A stretch of DNA of 30,817 nucleotides. It comes from a virus. Its lineage: Duplodnaviria; Caudoviricetes. The position numbers and the translations under genes were made by a program. Shown piece by piece: positions 24,365-30,817 of the stretch (position 1 is the first letter of the stretch; the number at the start of each line of letters is the position of its first letter). A model generated the notes under the pieces. The model ran no database searches and had not been told where the DNA came from. It saw nothing but the letters and a program-made list of their open reading frames with translations. The stretch covers positions 1-30,817 of the IMG/VR virus record IMGVR_UViG_3300020575_000002; one strand, written 5' to 3'.

Positions 24365-24412
24365 AATTGTAGGTTTTAAATTTGCGCTTTACGTTATCGC
24401 CCAACGTGGGGG

Positions 24413-24685
24413 TTAGAATGGTAAATCGTCTTCTGATTCTTGTTGGTTTACGGCAAATTCTTTTTTACCTGTTGGTGCATTGTAAGAAACTTGTTTACCT
24501 CTGCCACAATAGTTTTTCTTTGCCTTTTCGGCTCTTTCATCAGCGGATTGGTTGTTCCATACTGTGTGGGTATTTCCGTTGGAATCTGGTTCTTTTAAAA
24601 AGTCGGTAGCAATATTTGCGTAATGCTTACCATTTTTAGCTTCTTTCCAATTAATTTCTTGTTTGCAAATGTTTAGTACTATCAT
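24413..24685 (-). CDS. Single-stranded DNA-binding protein (Bacteroidota phage type)
   Basis: AKNGKHY.NI, DSNGNTHTV, acidic tail ESEDDLPF; located in the recombination module. Confidence 0.7.
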   Translation of the reverse strand: MIVLNICKQEINWKEAKNGKHYANIATDFLKEPDSNGNTHTVWNNQSADERAEKAKKNYCGRGKQVSYNAPTGKKEFAVNQQESEDDLPF

Positions 24686-24695
24686 AATTGTTGTT

Positions 24696-25178
24696 TTAAA
24701 TGTATATAATTGATGTGTTGTTTTTATAAAATCCTGCTAATTTTACTCTTAAAGTTCTATAATTCATATTTTTAGCAAACGCAGCATCTTTTGCCGAATC
24801 ATAAAAGATACCTGTATCTAAATCTACAACAAACTTAGAATTATCTTTTTTCTTTAATCCTAATTTGTATGCGTGTTGCATATTATATGACCTACTGCAC
24901 CATTCTAAATTATTGATATTATTATTATACTTATCTCCGTCAATATGGTTTACTTGTTCTTTATTGTTAAAATTTGGTATAAATAACATAGCTAATAATC
25001 TATGTACTTTAACATTTTTTGATTTATTGTCAATTCTTAATTTGACAGTAAGATAACCATTACCATCATCAAAAGCCTTAATAAACCTATTTCTTGTTAA
25101 ACTAAATATTCTACCATTACTATAAACTCTATAACCCAAGTACTCCATATATAATGCAGCATTATTAATTTGTATCAT
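24696..25178 (-). CDS. HNH homing endonuclease (HNH + NUMOD1)
   Basis: VHRLLAMLFIPN...QVNHIDGDKYNNNINNLEWCS; FYDSAKDAA. Confidence 0.92.
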   Translation of the reverse strand: MIQINNAALYMEYLGYRVYSNGRIFSLTRNRFIKAFDDGNGYLTVKLRIDNKSKNVKVHRLLAMLFIPNFNNKEQVNHIDGDKYNNNINNLEWCSRSYNMQHAYKLGLKKKDNSKFVVDLDTGIFYDSAKDAAFAKNMNYRTLRVKLAGFYKNNTSIIYI

Positions 25179-25183
25179 TGTTT

Positions 25184-25363
25184 TTAGTTTTCGTGTTTAT
25201 TAATTTGTTCTTGTTCTAATGCTATTTCATTTTGTCTATCTTGTTCTTTTTCATCCTCATCTTCTTCTTCTTCTTCTTCCCAATCGCAATGTTCCATACA
25301 ATCAGGGCAAATGTCTATTTCCTCCATTGTGGTATGTGCGCCGCAGCAAGTTGAATATGGCAT
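25184..25363 (-). CDS. Cys-rich Zn-binding protein with acidic tail (59 aa)
   Basis: Not in the track. MPYSTCCGAHTTMEEIDICPDCMEHCDWEEEEEEDEDEKEQDRQNEIALEQEQINKHEN*. Confidence 0.7.
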   Translation of the reverse strand: MPYSTCCGAHTTMEEIDICPDCMEHCDWEEEEEEDEDEKEQDRQNEIALEQEQINKHEN

Positions 25364-25365
25364 AA

Positions 25366-25611
25366 TTAATCGTTTAAATAGTTTTCAAATACTTCAAATT
25401 TATCAGCCAACATTTGATAAGGAATGTAATCCCTTTTAGGTTGATCTAATAACTCTGGGAAGTGTAATTGTTTATGTAATTTAAGTTTATACTTAGCTGC
25501 GTTTAATTGATTAATCATTTCGCTTGCGTTTTGAGGATAGCTTGTATCTACTTTGTAATTCCAAAACTTAACTTCCTCTCTTAAATCCCATAGTCTGCTT
25601 AATGATGTCAT
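25366..25611 (-). CDS. Hypothetical protein
   Basis: 81 aa, overlapping the stop of bet and tiling the operon. Confidence 0.6.
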   Translation of the reverse strand: MTSLSRLWDLREEVKFWNYKVDTSYPQNASEMINQLNAAKYKLKLHKQLHFPELLDQPKRDYIPYQMLADKFEVFENYLND

Positions 25612-26327
25612 AAAGATTCTTTTTTCTTGGTAAATAATTTAGTTACATCTTTAGTTGCAAGTTCGCTATTTAGTGCGTAAAGTTGGCTTAACTCGGTAGT
25701 ATTAACACACAAGTCAATCGCTAACTCCAAGTCATCCACGCTTTCGTGCGCCTTAATGTAAGCTGGGGTTTCATCCGTTGATTGTGCCATTTCATCTCCT
25801 GTGTAAAGTCCGCTTAAGTCTTGTGGGTAAGCCTTTCTTAAAGCTAATGCCTCTGCAACTTTACTTAGCATTGTATGTGGCATCTTCGCCCATAAACCCA
25901 TAGGTTTTCCATCGTTTGTTCTTTGGCAATACTCATCCCAGTATGCAACTCCAACGGCTGCCTCATACCTTGTTTCTCCGTGAAATCTAAATACTGATAC
26001 CTTACAAGATATTAATTTACCATCTTGTTCTACAAAGATTGGTTCGCTTTGACCTCCATAGTTTCCGCTTCTTTCAGCTATTACTCGGAAGCCATCAATA
26101 CTTGTTTGGATTGTCATTTTCTTACTCCATCCGTTTGGTGTTTTTACGTTCCTGTGGATGCAATAAATCTGTCTTGATAATGCATCAAGTCCTGTCCTTT
26201 GTGCTTGATAAAGAAATAGTTTTAGTTCATCAACTGTTGCCTCTGGAGCAATCTGTGATTTTACTAACTCTACTTGATCTTTCGTGTACGAAAGTTGTGG
26301 CTTTTTAGCCAGTTGTTGTTCGCTCAT
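25608..26327 (-). CDS. bet: Bet/RecT-family single-strand annealing protein
   Basis: ELKLFLYQAQRTGLD...QIY, TIQTSIDGFRVIAERSG.Y.G, WAKMPHTMLSKVAEALALRKAYP..LSGLYTGDEM. Confidence 0.92.
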   Translation of the reverse strand: MSEQQLAKKPQLSYTKDQVELVKSQIAPEATVDELKLFLYQAQRTGLDALSRQIYCIHRNVKTPNGWSKKMTIQTSIDGFRVIAERSGNYGGQSEPIFVEQDGKLISCKVSVFRFHGETRYEAAVGVAYWDEYCQRTNDGKPMGLWAKMPHTMLSKVAEALALRKAYPQDLSGLYTGDEMAQSTDETPAYIKAHESVDDLELAIDLCVNTTELSQLYALNSELATKDVTKLFTKKKESL

Positions 26328-26378
26328 ATTGGTTGGTTTTAGAGTTTAAAATTAGGTACTTTAGTGTTAATAACCAAA

Positions 26379-26816
26379 TTAAAGTAGCACATTTAAGTTG
26401 AAAATGTCGTTTTTTATGGTATCGTCGAACTTATTTGATAGCTGACCCCTGATCTTAGAGATTGAGTGTAAAACTGTGGTTCTATCCCTATTAAACAATT
26501 TTGCTATTTCCTCGCCATTTAACTCGGTTTTTTCCTTAGTGAAATACATAGTCATTTGTCTTGCTAAAGTAACCTCCTCACCCCTGTATTTAGACATCAT
26601 TTGTCCGTACTTAATCTGGTAGTAATTGCAAATCTTTTCAGCCATTTGAATTGCGTACTCCTTTTGTTGTTCTTTGTCCATTCTTATTGTTTTTATGTTT
26701 AAATGTTTGTCTAATAAATCCTTTAATTGATTTATCTCTTGCTTTAATTTTTTGTTCTTATCTCGCAAAACTTCTATTTCAAGTTCAGCCATATACGTTT
26801 TGTGTACTTCTCTCAT
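26379..26816 (-). CDS. Coiled-coil + DnaA domain IV-like HTH protein
   Basis: SKYRGEEVTLARQMTMYF.KE.TEL...EIAKLFNRDRTTVLHSISKI matches the DnaA C-terminal signature. Confidence 0.85.
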   Translation of the reverse strand: MREVHKTYMAELEIEVLRDKNKKLKQEINQLKDLLDKHLNIKTIRMDKEQQKEYAIQMAEKICNYYQIKYGQMMSKYRGEEVTLARQMTMYFTKEKTELNGEEIAKLFNRDRTTVLHSISKIRGQLSNKFDDTIKNDIFNLNVLL

Positions 26817-27067
26817 AATGATTCTAATTCTTTTTTAACTTCTTGCCAGTATTTTAATTCTTGACATTCTTTGTAATTATAAAATGTACCTTTATTATCA
26901 TATACTGCGGTATGTTTATGGTCTATTTGATAAATTCCAATAATAACATAATCTACTGCTATTAATGCACATTGATTAGCTTTTTCAATACTTAAATATT
27001 CTCCAAAAGCTAAAAATTGCTCAAAATATTTATTTGATAGTTCTGCTGCTTTTTCTTTTGGTGTCAT
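26813..27067 (-). CDS. Hypothetical protein (MTPKEKA...YWQEVKKE type)
   Basis: ORF tiling the operon, with a 4-nt overlap into the next gene. Confidence 0.65.
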   Translation of the reverse strand: MTPKEKAAELSNKYFEQFLAFGEYLSIEKANQCALIAVDYVIIGIYQIDHKHTAVYDNKGTFYNYKECQELKYWQEVKKELESL

Positions 27068-27068
27068 A

Positions 27069-27365
27069 TTAGAAATGTAAAAGGTTTATAGGTAACATAA
27101 ACTCCTCTGTTAATGTATAAAGGTCAAGGATTAGGAAATGGTAGCTTTTAAGGATTCTTTTTTGGATGTCATTCATTCTTGCAATCTTGATTAACAAGTC
27201 TTCTTCGCTTATCATTGTTCTTGTATCATCAAGTCCTCGCCTCCATTCAGCAAGGTCAGCCTCGAATAGATTTTGCCTTCCCTGTGCTTGTTTTAGCAGT
27301 TCCAGTAGGATTGTTGCTCTTTTGTGCAACTTTAGTTGTTTCTCCTGATAGATTAGTTTGCTCAT
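27069..27365 (-). CDS. Hypothetical helical protein
   Basis: 98 aa with A-rich leader CCTAAAACAAT-ATG. Confidence 0.65.
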   Translation of the reverse strand: MSKLIYQEKQLKLHKRATILLELLKQAQGRQNLFEADLAEWRRGLDDTRTMISEEDLLIKIARMNDIQKRILKSYHFLILDLYTLTEEFMLPINLLHF

Positions 27366-27480
27366 ATTGTTTTAGGATTTTATAAACCAACTTACTTAAA
27401 GTGATTCCTTTAGTGTCGGCTTCGGTTTGTAAATTAGTCTTGATTTGTTGGCTGACCAACGTTGTTATTAGTGTCTTCAT
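27256..27480 (-). CDS. Putative ribbon-helix-helix regulator
   Basis: KTLITTLVSQQIKTNLQTEADTKGITLSKLVYKIL fits a beta-helix-G-helix pattern; C-terminal tail overlaps the next gene. Confidence 0.55.
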   Translation of the reverse strand: MKTLITTLVSQQIKTNLQTEADTKGITLSKLVYKILKQYEQTNLSGETTKVAQKSNNPTGTAKTSTGKAKSIRG

Positions 27481-27601
27481 ACATTACTTTAATGCCTTGT
27501 GCTAAGTTTAAACAGGCTTGAACTGTTTCTCTTACATAGCCATCTGGCATATTAATTAATTGGGTTTGTAGCGTGTTGATGTAAAGTTGCATTGGTGTCA
27601 T
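27434..27601 (-). CDS. Hypothetical 55-aa protein
   Basis: Not in the track. MTPMQLYINTLQTQLINMPDGYVRETVQACLNLAQGIKVMYEDTNNNVGQPTNQD*; starts 1 nt after the upstream stop. Confidence 0.6.
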   Translation of the reverse strand: MTPMQLYINTLQTQLINMPDGYVRETVQACLNLAQGIKVMYEDTNNNVGQPTNQD

Positions 27602-27602
27602 A

Positions 27603-27731
27603 CTAAATGTTTTGAAGGATTGCAGTAATTAAAAATGCCACGCATACAATGATAAATGCGTAAAGTGGTTTGATACTTTCTTGAGCGTAACGCTCGTTTG
27701 CCTTTTCTTGTTGGGTTTTTAGCCTGTTCAT
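27603..27731 (-). CDS. First early gene: 42-aa membrane protein
   Basis: Not in the track. MNRLKTQQEKANERYAQESIKPLYAFIIVCVAFLITAILQNI*; promoter box and A/C-rich leader upstream. Confidence 0.65.
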   Translation of the reverse strand: MNRLKTQQEKANERYAQESIKPLYAFIIVCVAFLITAILQNI

Positions 27732-27755
27732 ATTGGTTGTTTTGGTTTATGAAAT

Positions 27756-27789
27756 CAAAGATAGGGTAAAACCTTATAACTTTATCAAA
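27756..27789 (-). promoter_or_regulatory. Putative early promoter (TTTG-N22-TATCTTTG)
   Basis: -7 box at 27756-27763 and -33-like TTTG at 27786-27789. Confidence 0.65.
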
Positions 27790-27928
27790 CAAGCCAATTA
27801 TTTTAAATAAATGTGATGAACGGCAAATAATAAGGATAAATGGTATATAAGTCAAAAAGTAAAGTAATTGACTTACTTTATTTTAAAATGTGTCAAGTTA
27901 CAGGTTTACTTTGTCCAGTTTATTATAT

Positions 27929-27960
27929 AAAAAACCACCCTAATAAGACTAAAAGGGTGG
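27929..27960 (-). terminator. Intrinsic terminator
   Basis: CCACCCT/AGGGTGG stem followed by T6. Confidence 0.8.
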
Positions 27961-27985
27961 CTAAACCTAAGTTCTCCAATATGAA
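27929..27985 (-). ncRNA. Putative ~57-nt small RNA
   Basis: Own TATATTTG box (27989-27996) and terminator CCACCCT-N12-AGGGTGG-TTTTTT; no ORF between them. Confidence 0.55.
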
Positions 27986-27999
27986 ATGCAAATATATAT

Positions 28000-28027
28000 A
28001 AAAAACCCCACCTTTTTAGGGATGGGG
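28000..28027 (-). terminator. Intrinsic terminator ending the late/lysis transcript
   Basis: Minus strand CCCCATCCCT-AAAA-AGGTGGGG-TTTTTT. Confidence 0.8.
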
Positions 28028-28043
28028 AACTATGAACCAACAA

Positions 28044-28313
28044 CTATTTAGAACCATTTTGTAATGGTGTGTCATTAGAATTGTCAACTCGTCTATAACC
28101 TTGTTTCCAAAGTATATTACATAAAGTTACACTTTTCTCAATAATCGTTTCTTCGCTATCCTCTGGATTTTGGAGATGCCCTACCTCGTGTAAAAGTATC
28201 TCAAGCAATTTTTTACCCTTTAGACGTGAATCAATATAAATAACACCATCGCTTTCAGCAATGCCGTAGGCTTGTTCCCTTCCTAATTTTTTATATATAA
28301 TCTTAATCTTCAT
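28044..28313 (-). CDS. Small HEXXH zinc metallopeptidase-like protein
   Basis: GVIYIDSRL....LEILLHEVGH.....SEE. Confidence 0.7.
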   Translation of the reverse strand: MKIKIIYKKLGREQAYGIAESDGVIYIDSRLKGKKLLEILLHEVGHLQNPEDSEETIIEKSVTLCNILWKQGYRRVDNSNDTPLQNGSK

Positions 28314-28494
28314 CTTTCATTAGTGCTAAATCAGGTCTGTCAATCTCTTTAAATATAAGTTTCTCTCCACCTCTTATCTTTCCTAAGGTTAATTTAATCT
28401 CTTGTTCTAAGTTATGGAGTTCAATTAGTTTAGCAACTAACCATTGCTCCTGTTGTATTGATGTCAATTTTGCAAAGTTTTTAGGGTATCTCAT
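28303..28494 (-). CDS. Hypothetical protein
   Basis: MRYPKNFAKL...; ATG at 28494 abuts the upstream stop. Confidence 0.6.
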   Translation of the reverse strand: MRYPKNFAKLTSIQQEQWLVAKLIELHNLEQEIKLTLGKIRGGEKLIFKEIDRPDLALMKDED

Positions 28495-28495
28495 A

Positions 28496-29536
28496 TTAGA
28501 ATATTTTGTTTTTATAGATTCTTTTATTTTGCACCGAATAGTAACCTTCAACATCCTTTTCTAATATCGCAAAGCCTTGTGAGTAATTATCAACGTGCTT
28601 ACAATATTCTACGTTTGGATGCATTAGGTGTCCCGTTGTCCAGCAAGTAAAGACTTCCTCATCAAATTGATTCTTAGTTGTATAAGATTGTACCTGATGC
28701 ACGTGCGAAGCTATTGCAGACTGCTTAACCCTATCGTAAAGCGTTTTAGCTGGGTTTACACCGCTTCCCCTTCTAAATGTAGTATCTCCGTGAATGATAG
28801 GCAATTTGCCGAACTTAACGTGATCTATATTCTTAATCGGAATAATGTTAAAAGTATTTAGCATTAATATTTCCTCAATATCAAATTTGCCGTTTAACCC
28901 TAATAATTCAGGTGCTTTGGTTCGCATATACCTTTCATACCTAAACTCGTGATTTGCGTCTAAGTTGTAGTAAATAGGTATTTGAGGGAATGTTGCTCTT
29001 ATAAATCCAAGCATCTCAATAATAGCCTCGTATTCCTCATCAAATTTTCTTACTCTTGGGTCTTTCTGAAAGTCGCTTAATTGATAGAAGTCAACCAAAT
29101 CGCCATTGATAAATAATGAATCAATCTTTTGGTCAACTAAGTATTTGAAGCAAACATCAATAGCTTTAGGGTCGTGAAATGGAACTTGCAGATCAGAAAT
29201 AAATCCCATCTTCTTAATTCCTATTGGCAAACAATAAACAACCTTTTCCTCTACCCAAGTAGGCGGTTGCACAAAGTGTGAGCCTGTACGTTTAAAATCT
29301 TCTACAAATTGCTTGTTTACACCTCTTACACTTTTAGTTTCTCCTGCCTTACCCCTGTAATATCTTATCAAGTATCTAACATTCTCTTGATTGTCAAAGT
29401 GTGCGCTTTGCTCCTTCATAATCAAAGATGCTAAAGTGTTGGACGGCATCCATTGAGGATATTTTGCTAAATAGTCTAAAACTATTTGACCGCTCATTGT
29501 TGTTTTTCCGCCTCCCCTTTTTTTTGTTGTTGTCAT
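28496..29536 (-). CDS. Calcineurin-like metallophosphoesterase with N-terminal extension
   Basis: ISDLQVPFHD, INGDLVD, ANHE, IIHGD, SHVH. Confidence 0.88.
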   Translation of the reverse strand: MTTTKKRGGGKTTMSGQIVLDYLAKYPQWMPSNTLASLIMKEQSAHFDNQENVRYLIRYYRGKAGETKSVRGVNKQFVEDFKRTGSHFVQPPTWVEEKVVYCLPIGIKKMGFISDLQVPFHDPKAIDVCFKYLVDQKIDSLFINGDLVDFYQLSDFQKDPRVRKFDEEYEAIIEMLGFIRATFPQIPIYYNLDANHEFRYERYMRTKAPELLGLNGKFDIEEILMLNTFNIIPIKNIDHVKFGKLPIIHGDTTFRRGSGVNPAKTLYDRVKQSAIASHVHQVQSYTTKNQFDEEVFTCWTTGHLMHPNVEYCKHVDNYSQGFAILEKDVEGYYSVQNKRIYKNKIF

Positions 29537-29546
29537 TGTTTTGGTT

Positions 29547-30137
29547 TTATATTGAATTGAGTATTAGGTCTGCTTCTTCTTCTCTTCGTTTGACCAAACC
29601 ATCCAATCCATTCTCCCATAATCTTTTGCTTCTTTCTATTTGGTCAGCTATACCTTCGTAGTCTTTTTTAGCCACAAGGTCAACTATAGCTCTCATTTCA
29701 GTTCTTGTTTCTCCGTCTAATTTATTCCCTCTATCGTAAACCATTGAAACCAAAGCACCCCTTGTGTCCTCGTTTAAACTATCTATCTCTGGATAAATAT
29801 CCTTTGTTAATTTATAGTATTTAGGTATTGACTTATTAACGAATACATCGTAGGCAAAATTGTATGGAATTCTAACTTGTAATATTTCACCCCTAAGCAT
29901 CGTTTTAACCGCCTCTCCTTTAATGCCGACTACTTTCCTTAATGCGTGTAGAAAGTTCAAATTTAAGCCATCCCAATCGCTAAAGAATTGATTATCTCTA
30001 ACCTCACTTAAATTGTACCCTATTCCGATAACAACTCCGCTTTCCGTTAAAATAGGCTTTTGGTATCTACGTTCGTAAACGGCTCTACCTCCAACCTCGT
30101 GTTTAATAATTAGTTCAATAGCTTTTTTGGAGATCAT
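29547..30137 (-). CDS. Lysozyme-like (pesticin C-terminal/T4L-type) muramidase
   Basis: AIELIIKHEVG, SGVVIGIGY, GALVSMVYDRG, GLVKRREEEA; ATG at 30137 preferred. Confidence 0.75.
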   Translation of the reverse strand: MISKKAIELIIKHEVGGRAVYERRYQKPILTESGVVIGIGYNLSEVRDNQFFSDWDGLNLNFLHALRKVVGIKGEAVKTMLRGEILQVRIPYNFAYDVFVNKSIPKYYKLTKDIYPEIDSLNEDTRGALVSMVYDRGNKLDGETRTEMRAIVDLVAKKDYEGIADQIERSKRLWENGLDGLVKRREEEADLILNSI

Positions 30138-30138
30138 A

Positions 30139-30603
30139 TTAATAGTTTTGGTATGTTGTTTTACCATTAACCCTTACTGCTCTTAATACTTGCTTTCTTT
30201 GTCTGCCTGTTGATTCGTAAGACACGTGGACCCAATCACAATTTTCTTTTGTTCCAAATTCCCAGATTAATTGGTCAAATTCAAGATTATCTTTAATGTA
30301 ATCAAAAACCATTTTGTTTGTTACTCCGCTTGGAGAACCATCCATATCCACGTCAATGGCTTCACCCGTGCAATGCTGACTGGTCAAACTTCCCTTCACC
30401 ACACGATTAAGTTCAATAGACCTGTAAGCACTGGAGATATGTATAGGCACTCCAAAGTGAACTCTAACAGGCTCAAATACTTTTTCTGCTAATAACTTAA
30501 AATTAGCAATATGCTGCTCTGTTGGCATATTACTTATTCCGTTTCTCTTTGCTGATTCGCTACGAGTAACCTCGCTTAATGATAGGTGTTGTGATAATTT
30601 CAT
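30139..30603 (-). CDS. Endolysin, peptidase M15 family
   Basis: ISSAYRS..LN, SQHCTGEAIDVD, WVHVS zinc-binding motifs. Confidence 0.9.
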   Translation of the reverse strand: MKLSQHLSLSEVTRSESAKRNGISNMPTEQHIANFKLLAEKVFEPVRVHFGVPIHISSAYRSIELNRVVKGSLTSQHCTGEAIDVDMDGSPSGVTNKMVFDYIKDNLEFDQLIWEFGTKENCDWVHVSYESTGRQRKQVLRAVRVNGKTTYQNY

Positions 30604-30683
30604 ACGTTATAAATAAAATAAGTTAAAGCTATTACCCAAAAGGTAAAGCCTATGATTAATGCTCGTTTTTCGTTATTCGGCAT
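30600..30683 (-). CDS. 27-aa single-TM peptide
   Basis: Not in the track. MPNNEKRALIIGFTFWVIALTYFIYNV*; overlaps the holin stop and is ATGA-coupled to the endolysin. Confidence 0.5.
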   Translation of the reverse strand: MPNNEKRALIIGFTFWVIALTYFIYNV

Positions 30684-30817
30684 CTTTCTTTGTTGAGAAT
30701 TTGTCGATAGTGCTTGACCCCATTGCTGCTATACATATAGCCATAACTGCATCAACAAGTTTATCACTTGGTGCTACTTCTAAATGACTAAAAGAATTAG
30801 CCAATAAAGTAATACAT
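30673..30817 (-). CDS. Holin-like 2-TM protein, 3' part (continuation of the gene starting at 185)
   Basis: In frame across the terminal overlap; 231 nt in total; stop at 30673-30675. Confidence 0.7.
   Translation of the reverse strand, partial: CITLLANSFSHLEVAPSDKLVDAVMAICIAAMGSSTIDKFSTKKDAE
30719..30817. repeat. 99-bp direct terminal repeat, right copy
   Basis: Identical to bases 1-99. Confidence 0.97.

Larger units (their letters stand above)
1..30817 (-). mobile_element. Complete circularly assembled tailed phage genome (siphovirus-like, 30,718 bp unique), probable Bacteroidota host
   Basis: Full terminase-portal-protease-capsid-neck-tail-TMP-fibre-lysis set; ends overlap by 99 bp; no host genes seen. 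Confidence 0.95.

Noticed and set aside
25262-25279. (GAA)6 microsatellite as a phase-variation tract
   Set aside because: It is an in-frame poly-Glu within a small acidic protein.
27598-27855. 85-aa minus-strand ORF in the track
   Set aside because: It spans the promoter region; the 42-aa ORF at 27603-27731 has a better leader and a coherent TM segment.
27732-28043. CRISPR mini-array or attP in the non-coding region
   Set aside because: There are no regularly spaced repeats, and no integrase was recognised in the genome.
4627-30492. All plus-strand ORFs in the track (e.g. 4627-4836, 9824-10129, 13791-14144, 20863-21306, 26039-26308)
   Set aside because: They are antisense shadows of well-supported minus-strand genes and carry no recognisable motifs.
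30719-30817. 99-bp repeat as a biological terminal repeat or att site
   Set aside because: The length equals a common assembler k-mer and it falls mid-gene, so it is best explained as circularisation overlap.

Overview
The window is a complete, circularly assembled small tailed-phage genome. It has 30,718 unique bp, with bases 1-99 repeated exactly at 30719-30817, and a siphovirus-type gene set. Every credible gene is on the minus strand. Repeated TAnnTTTG promoter boxes, A-rich leaders without Shine-Dalgarno sequences, a DDLPF-tailed SSB and Q-rule signal peptides point to a Bacteroidota host (inference). Transcription order, from high to low coordinate, is: early/replication genes (RHH, DnaA domain-IV protein, Bet/RecT, HNH, SSB, lipoprotein, HTH, replication initiator, NinG); ParB-like and Mom-like genes; terminases; HK97-type head; neck; tail; tail fibre with S74 chaperone; an unusually large lysis cassette crossing the origin; then a metallophosphoesterase and a HEXXH protein. 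No integrase, CI-type repressor, polymerase, primase or helicase was recognised. The best candidate for a new system is a non-canonical tRNA-Gly-like RNA (19916-19986) overlapping the stop codon of the Mom-like DNA adenine-modifying gene. It keeps the GlyRS identity elements but has lost features needed for translation, so it may be a dedicated glycyl donor for DNA hypermodification. Other notable signals are a kissing-loop leader upstream of the replication initiator, a putative anti-start-codon sRNA, a +1/-2 (not -1) tail-chaperone frameshift, and a tail-tube paralog carrying a domain shared with the tail fibre. All protein calls are by eye from motifs and synteny; no database searches were run.
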